DNA of 63,949 nt, filler included, from Nemertoderma westbladi (Eukaryota > Animalia > Xenacoelomorpha), in assembly GCA_032718475.1 (NCBI GenBank). It is 4 parts of 4 records of this genome, joined end to end, with 100 filler letters (N's around TTAATTAATTAA, not from the genome) between each part and the next. Parts side by side here need not be neighbours in the genome. Positions count along the whole stretch, not along the records: positions 1 to 23,636 come from JAUCBJ010005943.1; 3 more parts are not named here. The stretch is one strand, 5' to 3'. Shown in pieces: positions 1 to 11,574 of the stretch. Positions within the stretch are counted from its first letter, which is position 1. Each line of letters opens with the position of its first letter. Position numbers and translations under genes: made by a program. The notes under the pieces were generated by a model that searched no databases, was not told the origin of the DNA, and was given only the letters and a program-made list of their open reading frames with translations.

Positions 1-2844
1 CGTACAGGACACTAAAACAAATGATTCTAATTTACCTAAGTTACTTAATACTACGATTATTTCTGAATACTACGATAATTACGTACGATTCGGGTTGAGA
101 TTACAATCTCTAAATAAACACAAAAATTTACAAAAACACAAAATACGAATTTTTAGGGTAATTTTACAAGAAGTCTACAAACCAGCCTAACAAAGGGTTA
201 GAAAACTGGTTATTACAACGGACAGGGTACTGCGGTTATTTGAAAATAATACGTAGTAGTAAATACACTGCGTTGTCCAGATAGGAAAATACCACCGCCT
301 GACGACCTATAGCCGTATCGCTATAGGTTCTACGTTATGTATCACGGAGTGTTCCTACCTAGAAGTTAATAGAGCTAATCGAACGTGCCTATTAACCACT
401 TTACAACACAAATATAATGCCTACACTAATTACTTTCGGAAAGCACTGTACACTAAACCCTAAATTAGGTACGAGTACTTGTACAACAGATAATCAGTAG
501 TTAAATATACTTGAACAGCTAAAAGAACCACGGCATCTGCTGGAGTGACCGATGCACAAAATCACCAGTCTTTACCTACGCCAAGCAGCCCGTGTAGTAC
601 CGGGGTTAATTTAACTATAGCGGTATGTATAACAAACACAATTATTGTAGGAACAAACTTGGGGAATGAATGTTGCGGATAATCGCATAAACTCTGAATA
701 ATAAATATTACGCTACGCATACAAACCACTCAAACAAAATGCAGACCGAACACTGACAGACTACTATCAAGCCTAAACAAACTACGGTATATGCAGACTC
801 CGAAATAATTAGGTAGTATGCGTTCTAACCCAGTAGTACGACTTATTCTTTAATTGGGGGTTTACCTTACAGCGTTCGCTGCCCCTACTTCCTAACCGTT
901 CTTTATCGGACAAGTGATCTACACACGCTGCAATCCGCTCAGACCTAATAACAGCCAGACAACTATCCAGCCTACAAATTATCTAAATAAAATTATACGC
1001 TACCCGTACAGACTTACACAAACAAAGTACAGACTAAACGATGGCAGACTACTCTCAAGCCTAAATAAACTACAGGACATGCAGACTCCGAAATGATTAG
1101 GGAGTATGCGTTCTAACCCAGTAGTACGACTTATTCTTTAGTTGGGGGTTTACCTTACAGCATTCGCTGCCCCTACTTCCTAACCGTACTTAATCGGACA
1201 GGTGATCTACACACACTGCAATCCGTTCAGACTTAACAGCAATCAGACAACAGCTCAGCCTACAAATTGTCTGTACAATCTGATCAGGCTTACACGTCTT
1301 CTGTTCAATACTGGCCTACAAACAAATAAAACTTGACAGAAATAAGTAAAATCTCAATAAAAAACCAGGGCGGCCGTTCCCTGATTAAGTATTAAGACCT
1401 ACCGGTATACAACAATCAAATCGAATAATACTAATGTACTTATACGGGAAGTACCGGTTAGGACAGTTAGGCCTACGGACCTACAGAAGTACCGGTTCTG
1501 GCAGTTGGACCTACGGACCTACGGCAGTACCGGTTCTGGCAGTTGGGCCTACTGACCTACAGATGGACCGTTCAGGTTTACCGGTTGACCGGTACTTTCA
1601 ACTTTATTGCTTACTGCAATAAAGAAGCTATATCCTTTAATGTTCGCGCTTTCAGACCTTTGGCAGTTTAACCCGCCAAATTAAGATGTCTTCTAGATAT
1701 TAAATCGCTTTTTAGCCTATGACAAGTATTTGATTCACTACACTAGTCGAAACCAATCTGTGCGCGATCATTCACCCGCTGGATATTCCCGGGAGATTGG
1801 GTTCGACGGTTTAATTTTATTGCTATGTAAGCCTAATGTATTATTCGACTGACAGTATTATATAATCTCTGATAATATTATTCACCTTCGGGAATATTAA
1901 CAGTTCCTTTAGGACGTGGCGCTTTATCTATATAAACAGAGTTATGACTTAAACTACTCACAACGATATGGCTTAATTATAATTCACATATATGGCGCAT
2001 TCTTTAGGAAATGCTTCTTTAACAGACTCACTCATACACAATGCTGCACAATACTGCACACTAATCTGCCAATCTTCACTGATTTTAGTCACATATAAAA
2101 GGAACACAGACTGACTCATGTAGGGTCTATCAAATAACATTAGATTCACTTCAAACCACTTTAACATAAGTCACAATCGTTATTGGTAACCTTTCTCTCT
2201 TACCTTCGGTATATCAAGAATATTGGGTTTCGGGGTTATTTCTCGTTATTCCAATATAATAATTCATCAACAAATATAATGAGTAACCGACAACAAATAG
2301 CAGTATACAGTATCGATTGAGCAGGTAATTTTAGCAGCAGTTATTAAAAGCCGTGTGATATTCACAGCCGCCAGTGATTACGAAATTGCAGTTAAAGGAT
2401 ATATGTCCTTATAATTAAACCTACTAGTGTTGAGCTAAAAAGCAGAAAGCACAAAACACTAAAAAGCCGTTCTTTCGTGGCTTTGAAAAACTCGTGACTA
2501 CTGCTCTATACGAGGATACCAACTACCCTTATTCCACGAAGCTCCCGTTCAACACAGAGAAAGAGCAGTGAGATAGGAAAATTTCAGTTCAGTAGCTCTG
2601 TGATAGGTCAAAATCAAGGCTAACTCAAATTCTATTGGGAGATACAAAAACAAGGCTATGACGCAACCTTCCTAGGCTGGTTGGCCTATTAAACAGAGCC
2701 CAGATACCTGCGTACAGCAAATCAGCCAATAAGCTGGTAGCTTGCGCTATTCGAGTTATAGATCCCCTTTTTAGAGTATTCAGCGACTGGGGGGGAACTG
2801 GTTAGCAAGGCAAACGAATCAGTTATCCCACAAAAGCTTTTACA
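1..2844 (-). mobile_element. Long LTR-like dispersed repeat, copy 1 (left end outside window)
   Basis: Aligns with ~24145-26931 and 42990-44610. All three end at ...CCCACAAAAGCTTTTACA (TGTAAAAGC on -) with different flanks. No long ORF; internal 288-bp tandem duplication. LTR identity is inferred from the TG terminus only. Confidence 0.7.
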
Positions 2845-2944
2845 CCATGGATATGTATAAATAGCAAATATGAAACGAATTACGGTTTGTGACTGATAAT
2901 AATGAAGGATAGCATTTGTAGGCCTACCTACAGCTGTATAAGCC

Positions 2945-3391
2945 CAACAAATTATTTCCGCACCAAATTAGATACCTTTTTGCATCAAATCGATGAGTTA
3001 AAAAATCACTTTTCCACCAAAACGGCTAACTTTCCACCAAAATAGCTCACTTCTGCACCAAAACGTATCACTTAAATTTTCAAACGACTTTCTGTTTAGT
3101 TTACACATACTCTGTGATATGCGGGATACAATTTGTGGTTAAGTGATATTAATTGGCCACAAAGTGATATTATTTGGTGCAAATAAAACATATTTAGTGC
3201 ATAACAAACATATATTGGTGAAAAAACTTAATAATTTGGTGAAAAATTTCAAATAATTTGGTGTTTTCTGATATTATTTAGTGCACAATAATTTATTTGG
3301 TGGTGGGTATTTTTGTGGTGATATAATTTTGTGAATAAAGTAACCATTTTGGTGCAAAAGTGATATTTTTGGTATATTTTTATTTTGGTGT
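2945..3391. repeat. Foldback-like array of short degenerate units
   Basis: Repeated CACCAAA motifs at ~2960-3065 face repeated TTTGGTG motifs at ~3170-3391. Confidence 0.55.
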
Positions 3392-4526
3392 ATGAGTAAA
3401 TCGTCGTCCAGTGTAAGTACGTTGGCCATTTTTATGAAAATAAGCCGATTTAAATTATTTTGGGGAATTAAAAGTATATTTACTGTACTGTATGTATTAT
3501 TCTTGCTTAATTTCTGGACGTCCGAAATTAAAATACATCGATCCTGTCATATCATAAAGGCATACGTAAAAAAAACACGTTTTTCGGGAAACTGCTCTAT
3601 GCGTTCTTCAGCAATAAACTTAACTTTAAAGCGCAATGATATGTACAGTATCATGGTCATAAGTGCAACTTGTGTCAATATGATTTCAATTAATTGAAAG
3701 TAAATCAAAATATAATTGTACTGGTTCAAAATCAATGGTAGAAATTATAAGTGTGCAGGTAGCAAGCAGGTGTAAATTCAGTGTTTCATAATAGTGAATA
3801 CATTGGTTACTGACTTAGGCCCTTTTGAAAAAAAATACACAATGTAATGGATACTATAGGATTCTCTGATTTCGGGTTGGAAACTCATTCTGGTGCATTC
3901 GGGGGTCTGACAGAATGTGTCCCGAGCTATATAGAACCTAATGGATCAATAATGACATTTTCATAAAAAAGTTACTTAGGACCTTTGCCCTTATGATATG
4001 ACAGCATCGACATGTTTAAAACATACAGTATATTATCTATATAATAATTATGGCAGAATTCTTTCTGCCAACGCCATGATTGTTTGTTATAGAATAGTCA
4101 GTCTTCTGTGTTGCCTCGGATTATTCTAATGTTAGTGTTCAACCCTCTTGGAGTCGATAGAATAATTTTTGCATTTTATATTTAATTGGTAAGATAACTG
4201 AAGTATTGCTTTTGTTGTGGGTTAGGTTTGTTTCTTGGTGAAGGTAAGTTGGTGAGGCGCTAACCCTAAGTGAAATCACGAGCAGTTCACTTACATAGGA
4301 GACTCGGATATTTTCTTGATTCCTTTCGTGCAACCCAAATATCAGTCTACCGGCCCCTGCCAATAACACAGTCTGAGCTATTATAGCCAGCGTGCCAGCA
4401 GGCGTGCCTGTAGGAACTCGTCTACAGCGCTGTAATACTATTATCTTACTTCTATCTCTATCTTCGTCTTATTAGCTACTCAATGTGCAACTGTTATTAT
4501 ATGCTATCGCGATCGCGATGTCGATG

Positions 4527-4840
4527 CTAATATTGTAACTTTGGGTGAGCAGATAAACAGCCCACTAATATTGTAACTTTGGGTGAGCAGATAAACAGCC
4601 CACTAATATTGTAACTTTGGGTGAGCAGATAAACAGCCCACTAATATTGTAACTTTGGGTGAGCAGATAAACAGCCCACTAATATTGTAACTTTGGGTGA
4701 GCAGATAAACAGCCCACTAATATTGTAACTTTGGGTGAGCAGATAAACAGCCCACTAATATTGTAACTTTGGGTGAGCAGATAAACAGCCCACTAATATT
4801 GTAACTTTGGGTGAGCAGATAAACAGCCCACTAATATTGT
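4527..4840. repeat. 38-bp minisatellite, 8 identical copies plus a 10-bp partial
   Basis: Unit CTAATATTGTAACTTTGGGTGAGCAGATAAACAGCCCA repeated without spacers. Confidence 0.97.
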
Positions 4841-5420
4841 GAAATAGAGTTAAAATCTTAACATTATTTAATGCATAATTTGTTGACAGGGAATTGTTAT
4901 ATAGCATAATTAGAGTGTAACCAGGTACTTGAGCACAACACATTTGCAGTTGCATATTACAGGGTATTAAACAGTTAAATAGAGAGGTTATTGAGACTTT
5001 ACAGGGTTAGGGGAGTTGACTCTTTACAATACTAGGACAACTTTGGACTGAATTTAGAACTTTACTTTCAGTGTGGTGTGTTACAAGTATAAGATTGCTA
5101 TACATATATGGGAATAACGATGATTAGTGATGTGCTCTGCTATCGCTATCATCTAAGTTCTAATTAGTTAGCCTAATTAATTAGTTAGACTCCAGTTAGC
5201 ACTGGAGTCTGGAGAGCAGTAACATCATCTACTTTTTCGTGTATTAATTATATTTTCCAACTTCGTTATGATTTTAAGTATTGATTTATTATAAAAGCCC
5301 TTGAAAACGTTGTAAAACCATTTCTATATATTTTTAACTAAAGTTATAATAAACAATATAATCGCACAGAGATTCTTTATATTTAGTATCTACCCTAAAA
5401 ATTAAATAACCAAAATCAAT

Positions 5421-6407
5421 CTATTTTATTTTCCCTAATCGTTTGAACTCTTCGACCATAAAGTTACCCATCTGCGCGGGACTCATGGTCACGCTGGCAC
5501 CCGCATCTCGCAACGCCGCTATTTTATCCATAGCCCCGCCCTTCCCACCCGAGATTATGGCGCCCGCGTGCCCCATCCTGCGCCCAGGGGGCGCCGTAAC
5601 GCCCGCTATAAACGCCACCACCGGTTTCGCGTTGGCCCCCACGTTGTACTGGCTGAGATACTCGGCGGCCTTCTCCTCCGCACTGCCGCCAATCTCGCCG
5701 ATGAGAACGATACCCTCGGTGGCGGAATCCGCGAGGAAGACTTCCAGACAGTCGATAAAGTTGGTCCCGTTGAATGGGTCTCCGCCAATACCAATGCACA
5801 GACTCTGGCCGAGGTCTGTCGCCGTCGTCTGGGCGACGGCCTCGTATGTCAGCGTTCCTGAGCGGGATACTATCCCTATCTTCCCTGGTTTGTGGACGTG
5901 TCCGGGCATTATTCCGATCTTACACTCACCCGGTTTAATAACCCCCGGACAGTTTGGACCCACCAGTCGGGATTTATTTTGGCGAAGGAGTTTATGTTTT
6001 ACGCGGACCATATCCTGCTGGGGGATTCCCTCGGTTATACACACAATTAGCGGGATTTCCGCGTCTATCCCTTCCTCTATAGCTTTAGCGGCGTACGGCG
6101 GAGGCACGTAGATAACCGTCGCGTCCGCATCTGTAGCCTCTTTAGCTTCGAATAAATTATTAAACACCGGTAGTCCCAGATGTTGTTTGCCTCCTTTCCC
6201 GGGACTAATACCGCCTACTATCTGGGTCCCGTAGGCCAACGCCTGCTCCGTGTGGAAGGTCCCCTGTTTCCCCGTCATCCCCTGACATAATACTTTGGTG
6301 TTTTTATTGATTGCCAGGTTGGCACGGCATTCAGTGTAACTGTAACAGGATCGAGAACCGCCGGGGTACTGTAGGAATTTACGTAGCGATGACCTCGCAA
6401 CCAACAT
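5421..6407 (-). CDS. SUCLG1: Succinyl-CoA ligase alpha subunit, mitochondrial; intronless CDS
   Basis: 328-aa ORF with [38 protein letters not shown] and active-site RRMGHAGA (phospho-His); Arg/Ser-rich N-terminal targeting-like peptide. Confidence 0.97.
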   Translation of the reverse strand: MLVARSSLRKFLQYPGGSRSCYSYTECRANLAINKNTKVLCQGMTGKQGTFHTEQALAYGTQIVGGISPGKGGKQHLGLPVFNNLFEAKEATDADATVIYVPPPYAAKAIEEGIDAEIPLIVCITEGIPQQDMVRVKHKLLRQNKSRLVGPNCPGVIKPGECKIGIMPGHVHKPGKIGIVSRSGTLTYEAVAQTTATDLGQSLCIGIGGDPFNGTNFIDCLEVFLADSATEGIVLIGEIGGSAEEKAAEYLSQYNVGANAKPVVAFIAGVTAPPGRRMGHAGAIISGGKGGAMDKIAALRDAGASVTMSPAQMGNFMVEEFKRLGKIK

Positions 6408-7292
6408 ATTGCAGTTTTCAGGTATTGAATATTTTTTTAATTTACCAAAAGTTGAACAACTGTCTGACTGTACCGTGTAGTCTGTAGTACCGGTAGGTAG
6501 CTAATGCAATGTACCCCTGTACATGAGGCCCTATGAAAAAATATAACTTTTCACTCAGATGATCTGAACAATTATTATGAGTTAGGTAGAAGGTAGGTTA
6601 CCGATTATGAGTTAGGTACCGGCCTGCCGGCTGACCGGTAAAAATTCCTGAATCAGTGCATACCTCAGTACATGGTACATGTACCGCGTAGGCCTACCGG
6701 CTCTGGTGAACTACAGAACTACGACTGTACGAAGCTGAACTGAACGTTTAGTAATAGGCCTACTGTAATATATAATAAAGTAATATATCTCCTGTACATA
6801 GTCCAGTAGTACTGTAGTAAGTACTAGTTTAGGTACAGAGGTATGCAGAGCGCTGGAGCGTTTAATTACAGTAGAGTGAGTAGCCCGCCGTGCTGCCGAA
6901 CCTAAAACTGTAAAATAAAAAGAATGCCTTCTCTACTACTGAATAGTCCTTGAAAAAAGTTAAGAACACAATACCCTATACCCTGTACGTGTACAAATAA
7001 ATGTTTCGGTACGTGGGTTTTTATGGTTGTGTTATAATTCCTCATTATTTATCGTCGTATAAAGTAACACTTTATATGAAAACAGTAGGAACTGACGCCA
7101 ACGGAAGCGAGACACGTAAAATTCAAACAAATTATAATTCTAAGCTTTGTAAAATATAATCAAACTGGGAAACCTTTAAGTATAACTAAGTATAACCAAG
7201 TATAAATTGTGTTATTACTGTATGTTAGTTTCGATTTATTTTGTATTCGTTGTTCTATACTATCCGGGTTACAAAGAGTGGATTCTCTACTA

Positions 7293-7709
7293 AATCAAAA
7301 TGGAACCCCCTCCCCAGGGGAAAATCGATGCAAATGACGGCTGATTACGAGCAAAAATTAAACCGTAACCTGTTCTATTGACTCTCGTTTATTTTTTTGG
7401 TTAGAATAACGTGTCAGTAACTTGCTCTTTTCCTTTAATTGATATTTAACAATGTTAATTCGTCAGGATGAGATTTTCATTATTTGTCATGAGAGGAGTG
7501 TCATCAGAGTGGGAAACTGGTCGCAAATCCCATTAAATTAATATTTCGTCCCAATGTTAAGTTATCAATTAACGGAAAGGAGCAGGTTACAATGGCATTC
7601 TAACCAAAACAATAAACCTAAGTCAATAGAACAGGTTACAGTTGTATTTTTGAGAGTAATCAGCTGTTATTTGCGTCGATTTTCCCCTGGAAAGGGATGT
7701 ATTTTGATT
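7293..7709. mobile_element. Palindromic MITE-like element (multi-copy family)
   Basis: Long inverted arms (CCAGGGGAAAATCGA...GTAACCTGTTCTATTGACT versus reverse complement). Partial copies near 8865-9030, 15605-15650, 20230-20330 and 36750-36900. Confidence 0.75.
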
Positions 7710-7802
7710 ACGTCGAAAGACCCTATCTGAAATATTTTGGACTAGTGTTACACAGAAGACCTATGTTGATTCTATTATTTGACTGATGAAGCCCATGGGA
7801 TA

Positions 7803-8430
7803 ACAATATGTATTATGACGACCCGCTAAGCCGCTGCAAAGCTTCTAAACTTAGTGGGCAAGTTATTTATCTTAGTTAGAATCCCTGCAACAATATGAGG
7901 CAAATAAAAATTGAATAGCTCCAATGGTTTTTGAAATTCCTAGAGATCCTGGCACCCATTTCAGCACCTTTCGGAATTACTCAAAATACGCCTCCCTTTT
8001 AAGACTTCGAATAACCATAACCAACCATTTACTATTTTTTAGTGCGTTGAATTAATTATTAATAATTTTGTGTCATTAAAAATCTGTGTTTTGACTTGAT
8101 CTCTCACTTTCGATTGTTAAATAATGAATTCGACACACCAAAAAATAATAATATCGTTTGATTATACCAAAAAGTCTTTGAAGCGTATTTTGGGCAGTTT
8201 TTTTTCAACCGATAGGTGCTGAAAAATACTGTAGGTGCTACGAAATATCGAAAACTACTGTGAAGCTATTAAATTTTTATTTAACTCATCTTAAAGAGGA
8301 CATATTTTTTGTTAGTTTCAAGTACTTTCGACGCGCTAGACCTATTGTATTATGGGATTCTATCTGAGAGAAATAACTGGCCCACTAAATTGAGGATCTT
8401 TGTAGCAGCTTGGCGGTTCGTGTATATTGT
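7803..8430. mobile_element. MITE-like element with long imperfect inverted arms
   Basis: CCGCTAAGCCGCTGCAAAG...TTAGTGGGCAAGTTATTT near 7822-7868 is mirrored by AAATAACTGGCCCACTAA...CTTTGTAGCAGCTTGGCGG near 8370-8417. Confidence 0.65.
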
Positions 8431-8500
8431 AGGTCATGTATGTATCAATTCGAAGAACAATCAATTACTCTATTACAAACTTTATTTCCTTCTCTTTCAG

Positions 8501-8740
8501 TTGAGGACGTTGACGTTTGTATGACACCATGTCTTCCTCCACTCATAACCAATCTCGGATCTACTCGTATGTCGTTACGTCACGACGTCATCCAGACGTT
8601 GCTAAGCTACATAAATTCTTCCAATGACGTTGCAGGGTTACGTCACTCTTACATTGAGTTCGGATTAGATTCTGTTGACATGTCTGTTCGCACTGAGTCA
8701 ATTAACGCTTTGGTTTCGCTAGTAACTCCAGCTTTTATTG
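8501..8740 (+). CDS. TOGARAM1: TOGARAM1/crescerin-like, first identifiable exon (TOG1 region)
   Basis: tctctttcAG acceptor and GTGAG donor, phase 1-1. Encodes HEAT-like LPPLITNLGSTRMSLRHDVIQTL...GLDSVDMSVRTESINAL and splices in frame to 9933. Confidence 0.8.
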
Positions 8741-9932
8741 GTGAGGAAATTTCACAATACTGTATTACTGTATAATAATAATGTATTAATTAGATCTCGA
8801 AATGGTATAGTGGTTGCGAATATGTAGGCCTATACCAGGCAGATAGTGGGGGACTTTAAACTCAATCAAAATTCATCCCACTCCAGGGGAAAATCGACTC
8901 AAATTAATGTTGATTAATCACAAAAATAACCTGTTCTATTGACTTTCGTTTATTGTTTAAAATAACGTGCCACTGTAACCTGGTCCTTTCCCTTAATTGA
9001 TACATTAACGTTGAGACGAATTATTAATTCGCCGAGATGCTTGTTACAAATTCTCTGTTACCAGTCATGAATCCGTATGACCAGTTGTGACCATTGAATC
9101 TAAGCACCCAGGTACAAATTCGAATTGCTTGTTACATGTTGGCACCAGGTTACGAATTCATATTCCTGGTTATGAATCGGAGTGCCTGGGGTCGCAGTTA
9201 TGAATTGGATTGAGTACCGTTTTACAAATCTTAGTTTCTGGTTACAAATCTATTTGTAACCTTTAAATTTGTAATTTGTCTATCTGAGTTTCAAGTTCCA
9301 TTACCAGCGATTTTCATTCCAAATCCATGTTTGAAAATTGCGTTTATTATGTTGTAATTAATTTTATATGGTTTTCATTATGATCATGCCATAAAAACTG
9401 CTTTATAAAATGCGTTTAAACATTTAAATGTTTTTCAACCGGGTGATAAATATTTTTCACCGTTGTGCAAAACATTTTAACTAATGTACATATTGGCCGC
9501 TATCAGCCAGGGTAGTATATTTTACATTTTTATTGTCCAGTTCTTTTATTCCAATACCACGCGTGATTCAGTTAATACATGGGATTGATTGCTTCAGCAG
9601 CTACTAGCTGCTGAAACATAGCCTTCTATACACACATATATACAGCTATGTGTAGCTATGTGTTGAAATATCTAACAAACAATGATACCGGTAGTAGAAA
9701 CTGATAGTATTTGCTCATTGCGCAGTCGCAGTCGCTACAGTACAACAAACTAAACTGAAATATGTCGTATTGTACCGGTAATCTTAATAAATTATTGTCA
9801 TTAGGTAATTGCAATGTAATAATATGAATGCAAAATTTAATTCTGTTAATAATATTTGTATTAATGACTGTAATAATAATTAGGCCTAATATTAATAATA
9901 TTTTTGTTATACAAATTTTTGTTCTTTTCTAG

Positions 9933-11449
9933 ATGGCGATGTTTACGAGTTAATCCTTTCGTTGGTTCGCAAACTCCCGGACTCTGACGACGAGACAATG
10001 ACGTCATTAGTTCTGGCCCTGCGTCGTCTCCGGTCGACAATCGGAGTTCCTATATTCGACGGCTACGTCGCCAAACTGAGCGACTCGTTGCAGCGCGCTT
10101 ACTATCGCGCGGTTGCTACAGACAACCAGCGACCTTCCGACCCTCTTCCAATAGAAACCGAGTCGCCGTACGTTGATTTAGTCTCATCCGAAACCATAGA
10201 AGATAATAGCACCTCGAAGGAAAGTTCTAACGTTTCCTCTATAAATAAAAATAAATCGAATTCATTTCATAAAATAACTTCTTTACCTGAGATTATCGGC
10301 AGTACAAATAATAATAATTCCGATCGCTCTGAGCGGCTGGATTCTGGAATACGCGACGAATCCACGTCGCTCGCGGTTTACTTGAGTCGGGAAGCCTCGC
10401 GAATCTACGACACGGACGTGGCCCGGATCTACGACGGGGAGTCCACCGAGCGATTCTTCGGGTTCCTCCCGAGTCGGACGTTGGCTCTCCTCCGGGACCC
10501 CAACTGGAAGACCCGTTCCCGCGGCCTCGCCGACGCGCAGCACCGCCTCCGCTCCGCCGTCGATCTATCCGGACTCGCGCAACACGCCGCCGCATTCTCC
10601 GAATTTCTTAACGAACTCCTCGATGACGTTAACTTTAAGATCGCGGTCGCCGCTCTCGAGACTTACAACGTGTTCGTAGAGCGAGTGGATCCGGTCTCCG
10701 TGAAGGCGAACCTCGTCTCCATCGTCGAGGGTCTCGGGAAGCGGTTCGTCGACAACAAGAAGGTCATCCGTCGTGCCAATATGAAGGTTTTTATGGCGTT
10801 GATGCAGGTTCTCACTCCTCGAGCAGTCCTAAAGGTTCTACACGATTCCTTCCTGCAGCACAAAAACCCGCGAGTTCGGGAGGAATCCCTCAACGTGACC
10901 ATCGCCGCGCTGCTGAAGTTCCCGAGTTACGACTTCGACTTGGCGGAGTTGGCCAGTCACGTCTCCTCCACCTGCCTCGCCGACACAAAGCGACGTGTCC
11001 GCCAGGTGGCGCTCGACTTGCTCGCGTTGGTCGGGTTGGCGATGGGTCCTGGTCGTGCCGAGGTCGCCATGGAGACAGCGGTTGCGTCGATCCCGGAACC
11101 AGGCGCCGTGGACGCGGTTTCCGCGCGGTTGTCTCGTCGTGCGATGCCGCGACTCGACACCGACGGTCTGGTCGTCTGCGCGTTCGAGATCCCCCAGACC
11201 CTGAGCTCAGTCGCCCCGGTGGGTTTGCAACCCGACGATTTCGCGTGGATTCTCCGGGGTTCCGGCGGGGTGGGCGGCTCGGCCCGATTGAGTCGCCGGG
11301 GATCCCTCTCCGAGTCAGGCAGCCCCGTTACCCCGCCGGACACTCCGCTCTCCGTCTCCTCGCTGGGACACCCGGCCGCTCGGAAAGTACTCAGCGCCGG
11401 TGCCGTGGTTACCGGGAAAACGAACTTCCCCTGGGAGAAACCACTCGGG
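9933..11449 (+). CDS. TOGARAM1: TOGARAM1/crescerin-like large exon (end of TOG1, TOG2)
   Basis: cttttctAG acceptor and GTAAGT donor. TOG motifs DPNWKTR, LLDDVNFKI, LQHKNPRVREE, ALLKFPSYDFDL and LADTKRRVRQVAL match the FAM179B/CHE-12 family. Confidence 0.9.
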
Positions 11450-11574
11450 GTAAGTGTAGCATTATTGGTACTAATAGTTAGTTACGTTAAGTGTGTACAA
11501 AAATATCGTAATGTTCCATAAAGTTGAAAAGTATATCGCACTGTTTATAAAGTAGGATAATATATTGCACTATG

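Noticed and set aside
914-2167. Small ORFs repeated at 43218-43953
   Set aside because: Shared only because copies 1 and 3 are nearly identical; the ORF track shows no equivalents in copy 2.
4527-4840. CRISPR array
   Set aside because: Units are contiguous with no unique spacers, no cas genes and a eukaryotic context; the same applies to 39172-39380.
5443-6111. 222-aa plus-strand ORF and other overlapping ORFs
   Set aside because: Antisense or alternate-frame shadows of GC-rich SUCLG1.
5421-6407. Bacterial sucD by horizontal transfer or contamination
   Set aside because: N-terminal targeting-like extension, eukaryote-like sequence, no sucC neighbour, contiguous with spliced genes.
7783-7810. 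Hammerhead ribozyme (CTGATGA core)
   Set aside because: The required GAAA reads GATAAC and stems I/III are not evident.
10283-11481. Several short ORFs overlapping the TOGARAM1 exon
   Set aside because: Shadow frames caused by high GC content.
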